57,096 nucleotides of DNA from assembly GCF_000315625.1 (NCBI RefSeq), contig NW_005434673.1, forward strand, positions 704,002-761,097, given 5' to 3'. Positions 23,221 to 37,234 of this stretch are shown here, in pieces. The first letter of the stretch is position 1. Each line of letters opens with the position of its first letter. A model generated the notes under the pieces. That model searched no databases. It saw only the letters and a list, made by a program, of their open reading frames with translations, and was not told the origin of the DNA. Origin of the DNA: Guillardia theta CCMP2712. Its lineage: Eukaryota; Protista; Cryptophyta. The position numbers were made by a program, and so were the translations under genes.

Positions 23221-25935
23221 ATGAAGGGCGGCAGGGCCTACTCGCCTCAGAGCCCCGCTCGCTCCCCTTCCGCAACATCATGACTGAAGCTCGGACGGAG
23301 TGAGGGGGAAGGCAGGGAGAGAGGAAGAGAGCGAGGGAGCTGTGCATGACCAGGCGTGAGTAGTCGGGCTGTGCATGACCAGGCGTGAGTAGTCGGGCGC
23401 TCTCTTGTCCAAGTACTGATGCAAGACCAGCATTGCGAACATGAAGAGGGTCGGGACGAGCCTGCTAGGAGAAAGTCGATCCATGATGAGAAGCATGAGG
23501 CCAACACTCGCCTTTCTTTCCTCTCGTTGGATACTTTCGTCCACAAGCGAGAGGCAGAAAACACTCAGAGCAGCGACAAGCAAGAAGGTGACGAGGTTCA
23601 AGAGGGAGAGGAAGAAGAGCCTGCAACAAAGAAGCTTCCGTTGCTGCTCTTGAATCCGTTCTCTGTCGGGCATGTGTTGTGGGACACTTGGATGGTTGTC
23701 ATCACGATATACTACATCATCATCATTCCCTTCAAGATCACCTTCGTCGACTCGCAGTCCTACCGATGCGATGCTCAAGACGTCTCCAAGTGTCCGGGGT
23801 TCTGGTGGCAGAGCTTCTTCTCTGACAGCTCATGGCTGTACGTGGACTTCGTGATGGACTTCATGTTCATGACCGACATCCTCGTCAACTTCCTCACGTC
23901 CTACCACCTCTTTGACGCCAAGGGAACCAAGTATCTCGTGACCGACAGGAGGCAAATCGCGTTGAAGTACCTGAGGACATGGTTCTTCATCGACCTGATC
24001 GCTTCCTTTCCCTTCGACTTCATCTTCTACCTGCTCAACCTCTACACCAACGGGAGCATCATCAAGCTCCTCAAGTCCCTCAGATTCTTGAAGTTGATTC
24101 GCCTGTGGCGCGTAGGGAGAATGATGCATGTCTTTCAGGAAGTGTTCGACATGAACTACGGGCTCATCCTCCTCATGCAGATCCTCTTGATCTTCTCCCT
24201 CCTGGCTCACTACCTCTCCTGCTACTTCTTCTCCATGGGCGCCCTCCTGCAAACCTTTCGTGTCTGCTCCTCTCCCGCGGGGGAGGAGAGCATCTGCAGA
24301 TGTTACGAAAGCGCCAACGAGGCGAACTGCGTGCCGACGACCTGGATCACGGAGAAGAGCTTCATGCTGCCGAGCGGAGAGATGTACGTGGTGGACATGG
24401 ACGTCAATTGGCAGTATCTGTGCTCTATCTACTGGGTCGTCACGACCATGTCTACCGTTGGGTTCGGCGACATCGTTCCGGTCACCGACTGGGAGGTACT
24501 CATGTGCATCGTCGCTCAGGTGCTTGGGGCGACGACCTTTGGGTTCATCGTCGGCAACATGTCAACCTTGACCGAGTCGTTCGACACCAGAAAAGAAGAG
24601 ATGAAGAATCAGATTGAAGACCTGCAGGCGTACCTCTATGCTTGCGGTGTTCCTTTCGAGTTGGTCACGCGGCTGATACAAGATATTCGGTACAACTATC
24701 TCCATCCCATCTCTGAGGCGAAGAAAGAGATCATCGATGTCTTGCCTCGTAACATCGCCCTGCAGATAGCAAAGCATGTCTTCAAGTTTGCGATTGACGA
24801 TTCTTCCATCTTCATGGAGCTTTCCCAGCGATCACTCGAGGAGCTCTACTTTGAACTTCAGTGCTTTCACGTGGAGCAGGGTCAGAGCATTCTGACCTGC
24901 GGAGACATGAGCAAGAGCATCGTCTTTCTGATTGAAGGCGTCGGGTCCGTCAAGTCAAGCCCATCCCTCTTCGATGCTGCCATGAAGAAGCGGAAGCTCA
25001 GCATGACGGACCTCGCGGCTGATCACGTGGAAACTTACCTCACTGTCCGCCCCTGTTACTTTCTTGGTGAAAACTGCCTGCTGACAGGCAAGGAGATTTT
25101 TCCTTACGAGTGCACAGCAGCCACTTGGTGTCAACTGCTTCGACTGGAAGTGAAGAGCCTCCTCAACATCCTCTCTTCCGACGAGTTGTCTTATGTGAGA
25201 GCAGCAGCTAAAGTGCGATACTCGCGGTTCCTTGCGCTGATCACGACCTCCATGTCTATCAAAGAGAGTTCAAAGAAAGGAGTCAAAATCACTCGCTCCA
25301 AGAAGCGACAACAAGACTCTCAACTTAGCAGGTTTGCAAGACGCGTGTCATTCAGATCCGATGGTCAAAGACCGAGTACAGAAGAGGATTCAAGCGAAAA
25401 GACCATGACAGCCATCTTTAATGAGACAAAGAATATAGATCAAACTACATTGATCGACATCAAGAAGTTCTACACGTCGGCAAGTATAAAGAAGCAAGAG
25501 ATGGTTTGGGGCGAATTGCTGGAATATCACAACATGAAAGGCAGAATTGATGAAGAGCTCCATCACGAGCGATCTTTAGCCAAGTACAACCTAGTGGAAC
25601 TCCAATACAAATATCTGGAGCACCTGAGCTATGCCGCTGATCGCTTCGTGGACAAAGATTGGCTGACGGACAAGGTGAGAGATCGTCTCTCGCATGCCTG
25701 CTGACTTGTTGCAGCTGCAATTCCACATGGAGGCATTTCTAATCAGATTGAACATTATCCAAGAGAAGCTGACGCTCTTCCGCGAGCAGTAAGTGCCGTA
25801 CAGTCTCCTGCGCCTCTGACTGGACGCACCAGATTGACTTCGCACAATGTCAAACAGACAACAGATTCAAGAAGGAGCCTAGAAACTAATGGAGAGCACA
25901 AGGGTGAAGAGACGAGTGCGTTTGAAAGGGAGTGA
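23221..25935 (+). CDS. KCNH/CNG-like six-TM potassium channel with a cyclic-nucleotide-binding-like domain
   Basis: YLRTWFFIDLIASFPFD, S4 LKSLRFLKLIRLWR, pore TTMSTVGFGD; main exon within ORF 23419-25704. Confidence 0.9.
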
Positions 25936-26024
25936 ATGTTTAGAACCGAGAAAATGTCATGTCAAGTGCTGTTGCTCAAATGATTTCCCAACTTGTTGTC
26001 CCTCACCACCTTGACCAACAAGTA

Positions 26025-27489
26025 TCAAGCGCGGCTTCGCAGCATGTCAAGGTACCAGCAACCGGGTACTGCTGATGTAGCGCTGCCAGAGACTCCAGAT
26101 AACCCAGCACGACTAGACCGACCTGAGCCAAGAGATTGAATCAACGAGTCAACCACACGTCTCTCCCTCACCTCCTCCAGAGTCCCCGAAGTCACTGAGA
26201 TGACATGATTCCATCGTATCACAGACCCATCAGCACTGCAAACTCTCAACCACCTGAAGCTCATGGCAAACAAGATGATGACACCTTTTGCCAGTTGGAG
26301 GGTTGAAACCATGAATCAAACACGCCAAGTGAATGCACACAGCTGCAATAACATGCGATTCATGCTTCAGACAGAGAGGAAGGTCGAAGGTTTCAATCAA
26401 GATAGCATAAGCTGAAAAACATATCACGATAAAGAATTTGGTCCACAAATCAAACCTGTGCGAGCTACAGGTTGTGGTGCTGACAATGCCTTGAGGTAGT
26501 TGAGGAGGAAAGGAAAGGGAAGCGTAGGCTTCACGTTGAATCCGATGTTTCTCAGAATGTGCTGCTCATATGCAATGACGCTGAGGTGAAGGAGCATCAA
26601 GCAACCGTGTTAGAGAGCAAGGGGCTGACCCGTCTCTGATCTTCCAGAAAGATTCATCGATCTCCAGCGTCTTCGCTTCCTATAGCAACATCACCACACA
26701 GGGAAGGAGGACAGGAGAGGGAGGGAGGAGGGAGGAGGGAGAGGGAGGGAGGGAGGGAGGACAGGAGAGGGAGGGAGGGAGGGAGGACAGGAGAGGGAGG
26801 GAGGGAGGGAGGACAGGAGAGGGAGGGAGGGAGGGAGGGAGGGAGGACTGGATTTGAGATCAAAGCAGGGAAGGGCAGGGAGATGGAGAGGAGGTCTATG
26901 TGGATACTTGGCCGGAGAGTTGAAACATGACATTGATCACGTCTCTGACCTAACACCACAGCACCCACAAGGAGGTATCATGTTTCCACTCCCACTAGTC
27001 CGCTTGCAGACCTTCCGAGAAACTTCATTGGCCTACGACAACAAGTGAGACGAGCATCGATGCCGTTGCTGGTGTGACCTTGGATGCTATGAGCACACAA
27101 GCCGCACACTCGAGTCGCCAGTTCTCTACTGCGCATTCCTGGCGAGCAAGAGGGTGATCTTGTGAGCGAGGGGTGAAGGAGTTACCACTGGCTTGAGCAG
27201 CTTGAGATGATCCTGGCTCGCCATCTCTTGATGCTTCGCACTGAGGTCTCGTCAGCCGGGCAGGAGCGCTACAGCCTCACCTTGCGCTCATGTAGGCGTG
27301 AAAGAGCGTCAAGCATGCGCAGGTAGCTGTCATGGGCATCTCGAGGTCCCTGGCAGCATCTGAGCGGCAGCGCATGCTGTTCGACTCACCGGCAGACAGC
27401 TCGCATGAACTCACAGGCGCGTCTGAGCTGAAGCGGAGAGCCTGAACCTTTGGCTCACTGGAGAAGGGCGGATGAGAGCGCTCACCCAT
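26025..27489 (-). CDS. Transcriptional cyclin (cyclin L/K/Q-like), intron-rich; 3' end approximate
   Basis: Spliced ACVLIASK|ANEVSRK|VRDVINV and YEQHILRNIGF cyclin-box motifs. Confidence 0.7.
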
Positions 27490-27596
27490 CCTTGAGTTGC
27501 TGGTGCTGTTGATGCTCCTGTTGCTCATCCAAACCCCCCCCTTCGGTCTTGGAACAAGGTAAGAGCTCACTGCGCCTGAAGAGGATCACGCTCACA

Positions 27597-27755
<159 letters not shown>

Positions 27756-27826
27756 CACTCTAGTTGAGTACCCTACCCGAGAATTTCCAATGATGAGGAC
27801 TGAGTGGTGGGGTACCCGTCTCAGCA

Positions 27827-29036
27827 ATGGTGTTGCGCGGCGCATGCCAGGCGTCGATGGCGGCGATCTTGTGGACGTGCAGCAAGGCCGTCGGGTCAGA
27901 AGCGACAGCGCGAGCATTGAGACCTGAGATGGTGCGGAGGTTGTCAGGGTTAGCGGGACATGCTTGCAGGGATCACGCGCTTGTTGGGGTGAGGGGAATG
28001 CGAGGGGGAACGGATCATCACAGACGGGACTTGGACAAGAGCGCTGAGAACAAAACACTCTTACAGAGCGATCATGTTGAGAGGATGATGACAGTGAAAC
28101 GCAAAAAGTTTAACGGACCAAACAATGTGCTCTGCAAGACTTGTTGGCTTGCTATGAAGGACTGTATCTGCTCGCATGTCAGGGAGAGGTTCAAGTGGGA
28201 TCGATCTTTTATTCATAGGATTTTCTTCTACATGCACTCAAAGGAGTTCGGTCGGTGCTCCAATACTGCTTGTCTCGCTCAAGTCCCTTTTCCTTTCCCT
28301 CAGTGCGACATCTTCATCGCCGAGCTCCCTGAGGTCAGTCAGTTCACAACCCGACTTGACGGGGTTGACCGAGTGACGCAGGACGAGGAGCGTTTGAGGC
28401 GCGAGATATCGCAAGCACCCGAGAGCTTCTTGATCTTGTACCCCTCAGAGAATAGCGTCACCTTCTCTCGTCTCGTCCGCTCCTCTGCCAACGACCATGG
28501 CTCTCTTGCTGCTGCCATGCAAAAGCCGCGCACGGTCATAGTGGTGGACGGCACGTGGAGACAGACGAGGCGGCTGATCAAGAAGCTACCGTCGGACATT
28601 CCTCGCATCAGGTCTCAGTGCCGATGCTCCAGTGGCTGACTGACTCTCTCTGCCAGGTTGGAACAAGACGTCGAGCTAGATCAGTTGTATAACAGCCCGT
28701 TGAGAGCTCAACCTTCGGAGAGGTCTGTTCACCCTCCCTTCCTCTCTCTGCTCTCCTCCTGCCCTCTTCTGCCCCTCCCTCCTCCCCTTGCTCACTTTCG
28801 GTCATTCTCGATGACGTGCTACATCAGCCGCATGTGCACGCTGACGTCAGTAGCGCTGATGGTGCGAGAGCTGGGAGGCAGCGAGGAGCTGTTCAGAGGC
28901 ATGCTGCAGCTGCTGCATGTCAAGACGGAGGTGAGGACGTGACATATCGCCGCGAGCGCTGAGGGACTTGCAGACGTTTCTCCGCACCAGCAGCAAGGAG
29001 TGGAAAGTGAAGGACAAGGGTGAAGTAGATGTTTGA
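27827..29036 (+). CDS. DTW-domain protein (tRNA-uridine aminocarboxypropyltransferase family)
   Basis: CKTCWLAMKDCIC, HSKEFGRCSNTA, ILYPSENS, VVDGTWRQTRR. Confidence 0.85.
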
Positions 29037-29091
29037 CTTTAAGCTGCTGAAAGACAACATCACATCTAATACGCAGAGAGTACTATACGTA

Positions 29092-29513
29092 GCTCATGTA
29101 TGAGAGTAGTTGCTCATGTATGAGAGTACTAGTCTAGTTGCTCATGTATGAGAGTACTAGTCTAGTTGCTCATGTATGAGAGTACTAGTCTAGTTGCTCA
29201 TGTATGAGAGTACTAGTCTAGTTGCTCATGTATGAGAGTACTAGTCTAGTTGCTCATGTATGAGAGTACTAGTCTAGTTGCTCATGTATGAGAGTACTAG
29301 TCTAGTTGCTCATGTATGAGAGTACTAGTCTAGTTGCTCATGTATGAGAGTACTAGTCTAGTTGCTCATGTATGAGAGTACTAGTCTAGTTGCTCATGTA
29401 TGAGAGTACTAGTCTAGTTGCTCATGTATGAGAGTACTAGTCTAGTTGCTCATGTATGAGAGTACTAGTCTAGTTGCTCATGTATGAGAGTACTAGTCTT
29501 AGTCTAGTTGCTC
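29092..29513. repeat. 28-bp minisatellite (CTAGTCTAGTTGCTCATGTATGAGAGTA), about 15 near-perfect units
   Basis: Head-to-tail identical units with no spacers. Confidence 0.98.
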
Positions 29514-29788
29514 TCCTACTTGTCATGTCTGACTGATGTTTCACTTGAGGCTAAAAGTTCTTGTTGGCTCCAAAGCTCCGGAGGCCGATCTTAGCTGTAC
29601 CCACCCACCCTACCCTGTTTCTGATGTACCCCCGAAGCCCCTGAATACTACCCACCCATGTCATAGCTGGTGTGTCCAATTGACTATTACCACCCATTCC
29701 AAAGAATACTGAATCCGTCCGACCCCACCCCTGTTTGTAACCTCGAAATAACCGGTGGTCTCACCTCGTGCTGTCCGGGCACAGCGAC

Positions 29789-32700
29789 ATGGCGGGGTTG
29801 GCGCTGATGACTAGCGCCATGACGTTGATGTCGCTGCTCGCCATGCAGAGATCCGCAAGCCTGATCCCCCCTCATCGACCTGCTTTCATGCCTGCCCACC
29901 CCTTCTCCCGCCCCTTCTCTGCTATCCATCCCTCAGAAGGCTATTGTCGGCCCCCCTCGGCACCGGAAGGAGAGGGTTGTGGAAGGCAGGGTCTGGTGTC
30001 AGGTGCGCAACCTATCAAGGGTTTCTAGCTTCTCATATCATGAATGTACAGCACAAGCTGTGCCCCGGATAGTGCTGAGAGGAGGTGAAGGTCAAGCAGA
30101 GGCGACGGACGAGATGGACGAGGTGAGTGTCGGTTCTTGCCCCCTGCTCGCCAGATAGTCAAGTGATTCACAGAAACAAGCCCTCGAGGAGTTTGTAGAA
30201 AATGAGGATGCTGTCTTGAATATCTTGAAGCAAGCTTCCGATTTGAAGGACGAAGGAAACAGAGCATTCCAAACCAACGTGGTGGCTGCCATGGAACTAT
30301 ACACATCTGCGTATCTTCTCACACGTATAGATATGATTGAATCTTGCATGAAACGTCGATGGCTGACGATAGTTTACAATAGAAAATGTTCGGAACGAGA
30401 AGTTTACCAAGGAGATCATGAAGATACAGATTGCTTGTCTGACAAACAAGGCTCTGGCTGCGTTACAGCTGGAGAAGTACAAAGAGGCCTTTGCGTGCTG
30501 TTCTCTCGCTCTTGAGATGGAGCCGACCAACTTCAAAGCGCTCTACCGGAGAGCGTTCGCATGGAGGGGCTTGGGGAGCTTGCAGGATGCTCGAGATGAC
30601 CTTGTGAGTGCCTTGCAGGTGCAGCCGTCGAACGAAGACGCGAGCTCAGCGTTGCAAGCCATCACAGCGGAGATGGAGCAGCAAGAGTCATCGATGAACG
30701 TCAACGCGGCGAACTCAGAGAATGTAAACATGGAAGGGGGGCAGGAGGAGGAGAACCTGTCGACCTCAAGCCTCTGTTCCTCCATCTCTTCTGCACGAAA
30801 GATCAAGCACAAGATCGCTGGGCTGCGAAACGAGGGAGCAACGTGCTACCTGAATGCTGTCCTTCAGACCTTGTTTCACCTCCCAGCTCTGCGGAAGGCC
30901 GTGTACCGCATCCCCACAGTTGAGCCGCAAGGCGGCGACCTGCCCTCAGTCTCTCTGGCACTGCAGCGACTCTTTTGGAACCTCCAGAAATCCCCTGCCC
31001 CTCAGTCTACGACCGAGCTGCTTGTGAGCTTCGGTTGGGACAGTGCAGACTCGCTGATGCAGCAAGATATCAGCGACTTCTGCCACATGCTGTTTGACAT
31101 CGTGGAGGAAGGAATGAAGAACTCGACCGTTGAAGGAGAAATCACCAAGTTGCTAGGAGTCAAAGTTCAGTACACTGATAGTGTGGAGTCAGTCGGTTGG
31201 AGCAAGCAAAGAGAAGACGTGAGCATGGTCACTCTCTTACATGGCATCAGGGAGAGCAGAAACGTCCTCAAGTCCCTTGAGCTTCTCACCAAACCTGAGA
31301 TCATCGAGGGGTACGACACTGAAGTGCATGGGAAGCAAACTGTTCATCGTACCTTGCGGTTCAAAGAGCTCCCTCCGATCCTGCTGCTCAACATCAATCG
31401 AATCGAGTTCTGTCCTATCGCCTTCGAGCCCATCAAGATCAACGACAGGTTCGAGTTCCCAGCCGAGCTCGACATGTCGCAGTTCACCGTGAAGGAGGAA
31501 GGGACCGAGAGCAGCTGCGCCATCTACAGTCTTTGCAGTGTGATCGTGCACATGGGGAGCGCGAACATGGGACACTACGTCGCCTACTGCAGGCCAGCAG
31601 GAGAGCAGGGGAAGTGGTTTTGCTTCGACGATGATCACGTCACAGAGGTAGCTGAGGATGAAGCTATCGAGAACAACTTCGGCAACGACAACTCGCCTTC
31701 TCTTCCTGCCGGCGGGATCTACATGCGATCAGTCTTGCAGAAGATGCGATCCGCCTACATGCTCTGCTACATTCGAACCGACTGCTTCGATCAAGTGATG
31801 AACACGACGGGGCTGGAGGAGGAGGTGCCACAGCACGTGAAGGAGGGAACTGCTGCAGCCGTGGGTTTCTCTCTCCCTATCTCCATCACGGTGCTGACTC
31901 CTGACGGAGAGTTCAGTCGGTTTGGAGAGGAAGAGGAAGATGCTGGGGAGGAGGAGCTGGAGACGATTGAAGGAGGCGATGTGCCAGTCAACGATACGTT
32001 GGCGGGGGAGAGGAGAAGGAGAGTTGTGCGAGGGCAGCCGATCAATTTGACCATCAGCTCACCGGAGAGCAAGACCGTCGCTCACATTCTCAACGATATG
32101 GTTCTCGCTGCGGACTCAAGCGGCAACCCCATCCAGCCACCTAGCGTCCAAGAGTTTCTTGGAGGAGAAGTAGAGCAGGTGAGCAAGGTCCGTTGCTCGA
32201 GGGTCGCGACCTCACCCGCAGACAGGTTCCTCTGGCAGCCGATGCCAACGCCATGGCAGACGAGGGGAAGGAGGGAGAGGCCAGGAAAAATTCGTCGGAG
32301 ATAGCTCCTCTCGAAGCTCCGAGCTTGAAGCTCTGCTTGACGTCTGTGCGAAATCACATGATCCAGTGCATCTACCCGGAGGAGGAGCGAGCATCTGAAG
32401 GTCTGATAACGTTTTCCTCTTCTCGCCACCTCCTCTTCCTCTCGACTTCCTTCAACCCCCTTCCTGTCTCCTGCTCTCTTTCCCCTGTACCTTTCCCTTC
32501 CAGTCTCAATCCTTTCTCACCTGCATTCCAGTTGATGTCTCATTCCTCTTGCGAGCCGAGTGGTACGACGATCAGGTAAAGATGGAGAGAGAGGAGAGAA
32601 GGAGAAAGGCTGGCGGGGAGGTGAAGGGAGAGGGGGAAGGAGAGGGTGAGGGGGAGGGTGAGGGAGGCACCTTGAGGGAAGAGAATCATGGTTCTCCTTC

Positions 32701-33350
32701 AGCCGCAGGCAAACAAGGTGCATGTCATGCACTTCGAAGTAGATCCCTCGAGTGAAGGAGACGCGGAGCTGATGGGAGCGACTCGGCGAGTGGTTGAGAA
32801 GGCGGCAGCTGGAGGCGAGTTGGCGTACAGGCGGTTCGGCGACCCCTGTGTCTTCACCTTGTACCAGCAGGAGACGGTCTCACTCCCCAGCTGCTCCCTC
32901 CAGCTGATCAGGTTGGCAGGTGCGATCGGCGAGGAGGAGAATCGCGTCCCTCCTGCGGCTGCCGGACGAAAACTTCGAGATCGCGTGGGTCACGTGAGAA
33001 GCTGCTGGCCCTCTTGCTGGCATCGCTTAACATGTGCGGCAGGTGGGGAAGAGACCCTGTATTCATGATCAACGAGGACGATCCGATCTTGGTGAGACCC
33101 TCCCTGCTCTCCCTGGCTGCTCTCTCTGGTAGTGGCGTGATTGCCCTCGCTCACTCTCTCTCAGCCTGACGAGCGTATCCTGGCTCAACACTGGCTCGGT
33201 GTGCTGCACCGGGACGGGGGCGAAGGACCCGAAGCTCAAGACTTCTGGGCAGGTTTGTGGGGTCACGTTGAGCATGAGAGGAGCTGACGCGAGGACGCAG
33301 CGACTGCCAGTCTGGTGCAGGGAGGGAAGACGACGCAGGCAGGCGTGAAG
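29789..33350 (+). CDS. Signal peptide + TPR + ubiquitin-specific protease (peptidase C19, USP7-like core); 3' end approximate
   Basis: TPR LKDEGNRAF and KALYRRAFA; Cys box GLRNEGATCYLNAVLQ; QQD; His box HMGSANMGHYVAY; WFCFDDD. The first exons splice in frame by eye. Confidence 0.88.
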
Positions 33351-33529
33351 ATGCGGGCGGGATAGGAGGGCGTGTGGCAGCCAGCGGTCTGGTGTAACAA
33401 GATGTGCAATAATGGCAGGAGGCTGGGTGTGTCTTGGATGGAGGGAGAGGAGGAGGAGAATATGTAAGATGAAGAAGCTGTGAATAGAAGTCAAGTACCA
33501 AGCCTCGAGTCTCCTCCCTCTCTCAAGTC

Positions 33530-36527
33530 TCAATCCCACGGCTGCTCCTTGAAGTTCCTCCCCGTCGCTGGACAAACATTTGGATCTGTCTTCTCGCCCA
33601 GCAGCACCACCACCTGCCCCAACTCTGTCATCACCTTCTCCTTACAATCTCTTTCCCTCCTCCCCTACATTGTTAGGGTAGACCATGAACGCGCTCGTCC
33701 CGATGCGCTTCTGACTCGCTTTGCATCGCTTGCCGCTGCTGATCTGCTGCGACGTCAGCTCCCTTCCTCGCTCCTCGTCTCTCTCACCACCACTCGCCGC
33801 GCTCGTCGTTCAAGGCATTCCTCCGCTACCTTGAGATGATCTGCCTTGAGCAACGCCTGCGCGATCTGCAGGCTCTTCCTCTGCTCGCTGTTGGCGCGCA
33901 CGACGCTCTCAAAGAAGGGCGTCAGCGATCGCAGCGACGTCTCTGCCGGCAGAATGTCGAGCGCCTTTGCCGGGTCCATCCGCTCGAAGTGGCGCGACAT
34001 GAGGGAGAGCGCCTGCATGGTCATGGGGGCTGAGGCGTCGGGGGGCTTGAGGAACACCTTGAGCAGGTCGATGTACACATCCCTCCCTCCTCCCCCTCCT
34101 TCTGTCGCTGAGCTGTAGTGCCTCATGCAGTACTCCTGCGCGAGCTGCATGTCCCCCAGCCTATGCGCGTAGATGCTGAGCGCCTCCTCGTGCCTGCCGA
34201 GCTTGGAGAGGATGAGAGCGCGCTCCTCGTAGAGGTCCACCATCGGCAGCTTCGACAGCAACTTCTGCGCATCGTAATGCCGCGAAGTCTCAAGGAGGTC
34301 CAGCAGATTCTTCCTCCTCGCTCCCAGCGCCCCTGGCTCCTTCCCAGCCCCACAACGGGACCCCGCAAGCCCCTGGGCTGCCTGCCTGGAGGTGAAGGCG
34401 TGCTTGAGCCGCTGCACAGCATCGAGGTAGAGGAGCGCGAGCTCGTTGTGGTACTGCGATCGCTCTTCTCCCTGTGCGATGATGTGCTCAAGGAAGCGAA
34501 TGCGAAGCTCTCCTCCCCCTCCGTCGCTTCTGCTCTTGTCGTGCATGACCTCCTCATCGAACACCTTGAGATGCGACAGCACAGTGTCGATCGGCATCTT
34601 CCTCCCAATCTTCGACTTGATGAAGATTTCCAGCCCCTGCTCGGGGTCAGCTCGCAAAACCCACCGGCTGAACTCCAGCAGGATCGGCAGCTTGTCTTCC
34701 TCCAGGCTCTGCAGGTACTCCACGGTAGGGAAGACGCCGTGAAGAGGATGCTCCTCCTGAGGCCCCTGGCCATGCTCCGCTAGCAGCTCCAGCGCCCTGC
34801 GGTGCTCCTGGTGGCTGTGAAAGAGCGCGACGAGCTCGTGGAACATATCGTAGTCCCGCAGCAGCCTCTCGCTCTCCTCTAGCCTGCAGGCGTTGAGCCC
34901 CTGCAGGAAGCCCAGCACATTCTCCGGCTCTGCTCGCACCAGAGCCTTCAAGAGCGCCGTGTCTATTGCTTCCAAGAGGGCAGGAGAAGGATCAGAGGGC
35001 GGGGAGGAGGAGGGGAGGGATCGTTTTCTGACATTCTTGAGGTACTTGATGAGAGATACTTGTGACCTCAGCAGCTTGTGGCCCTTGAGCGAATCTTTCA
35101 CCTCCTGCGAGCACGTGCGAAAGTCTTGGGCAGCATCGAAGCCGTCGGAGAGCTCAGGGAAGAGAAAGAGAACATTCCGCGGGTCCAACGAGTCACATCG
35201 CAAGAACAAACCCATGGCCTTGTCATACTCCGACCTGCAAGGCTTCATCATCATCTCCTTCATCATCATTATCGTCTTTTTCTTTGACATGATCAACACT
35301 TGTGAAACATGTCATCACATTCTCCTCTACCTTCTATTCCATCACCGTCACCACCACCACCACCACCTCCTCCTCCTCCTCCTCTTCCAGTATCTTTACC
35401 TTGCAAACAACATCAGGCCGTACGACCGATACACTGCGTTGCATTTGCTCGCCACGTTGGGATCTGTCTGGTGACAGAGGTCGCACAGAGCCAGACAAGT
35501 CTCGAGCTGCTGGCTCTCTAGAAGCGCATCAATCTGCATGTCATACATTCAGTTTACCCCCCCCCCCCCCCCCCCCCGCCCCTTTCTCCTCTCCAACTTC
35601 CGTCTCCCTTGCACTATTACACAACTCTTGTTGTCAGCTCACCTGACGAGACATGGTGACAGGTCGGAGGCGATAAACGCAGTTGTTAGCAACCACGAAG
35701 ACAGACATGCTGGCATTGCAGGCAAGCATGTGGCTCGCTCGCAGGGACAAGGTCTGCACAGTCGTCTGCGTTTCCATCAGCTGAACCTCAACACTCTTAG
35801 GAAGCGCTGCGATGAGGTAAGGAAAGAGATATCCGATCATTGTGGGAGGCTCCGGCCACTTGAGACCATACTTGCGGGATGGCCTTCCCTGTGAGTCTTG
35901 GAACACGTTCATGTTGTCTCGTCCTAGCAGCAGCTCCTTGTTGTTGGGCAGGCAGAAGATGGTGGGGGAGGCTGTGTTTGAGTCGAACAGCTCTTTCTCT
36001 GTTCCTGAGCTCAGCGACACTATCACGTACTTCCTTCCTGAGGCAACACAGAGGAAGTCACCACACCAGGCATGGCATCTGATCGCATCCGCAAACTTGA
36101 TTTCCCGCCAGTCTACAAAGCCATCACCATCCCACCGGAATAGAGCAAGCCTGTTCTTCATCGCGCAACATAGCAACGAACGGGTCGGATCGTACAGCAA
36201 TGAGAAGTTCGAAGTTCCCCTGGTCTTCAGTAGCTGAGCCTTCAGGTCTAACGTGCGCAGATCGTTCACTTGTACCGTATCCGCCGTAAGGATGAGAATC
36301 AAGCCGAGCTCCACTGAAACCTTGAGCTGAGAAATGCTCGACTTGGTTACCCTTCTCACTTCGATCTCTTCGAACTCAACAAGATGTCCACCTTCTTGCT
36401 CCTGCAGAATCACAACAATGCCTTCCTCTGTCCCAACAATCAATTTCTTGCCCCAGGAATCAAGCGCTGTGATCTTATAGTTGCTCTTTTTGAGGACAGG
36501 TTCGATATGAAACGCGCTATGTACCAT
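33530..36527 (-). CDS. VPS39: Vps39/Vam6 (HOPS subunit): CNH domain, clathrin repeat, C-terminal domain
   Basis: MVHSAF start, AIDTALLKAL, YHNELALLYL, EERALILSKLGRHEEAL, KRIGTSAFMVYPN. Confidence 0.9.
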
Positions 36528-37234
36528 GGCACTCCACGGCTAATAATGTAGAACAGCAGAAGCTTCTGATTTGTAGAAAGGAACACAAAAAGAGCTCACG
36601 TTGATGTTGTTAGTTGAACTGCTGGAAGAATGTACCCTTCTAAGATTCGCTCAGTGCGTGTCAATGTTTCATACCGTTGGATCAGGACCAGTCAGTTTGT
36701 CTCCTCGTCTGTCTTGATACATTGAAAACTCAAAGAGACCTGGCTTCCGATCAAGCGCGCTCAGATAGCCTCACTCCTCCTCTCCTCGCCCATATCCTCT
36801 GCTCTGCTCTGCTCTCCTCTCTTGGCATCGTTCCCTCGCCTCCGTCTTTGATGAGTAGCGTCATGCAGGATCCGGTTTCGACTTGCGAGTTGGTGAACCA
36901 CAACTTTGAATTCTATACTAAAATTTCAAATTATTATGTACATTTTAAAACTATAGCCTTTCAGGAGTCGGGCTTGCCGCAGGCCACAACCCGGGCGGCC
37001 GCGTCACTCGGACCCGGACGGTCGGACCCGGCCTCGGACTCGCCGGCCCGGCGGGACACTGAGCCGCTTCCGATAGATGAGAGTTGTGATGTGAGGAAGT
37101 TTATTCAATGATTATCTTGACTACCGGCGACAAGCAAACGCCGGTGCTAATCGTTAAAAGTGAAAAAATTACAAACATGATCCATTTGTTCAGAGTACAA
37201 CAAACTGAAGTAAGGCAGTGCAGTGCGATTGGGT

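Noticed and set aside
29092-29513. CRISPR-like array of palindromic 28-bp repeats
   Set aside because: Units are head-to-tail with no spacers and there are no cas genes; it is a minisatellite in a eukaryote.
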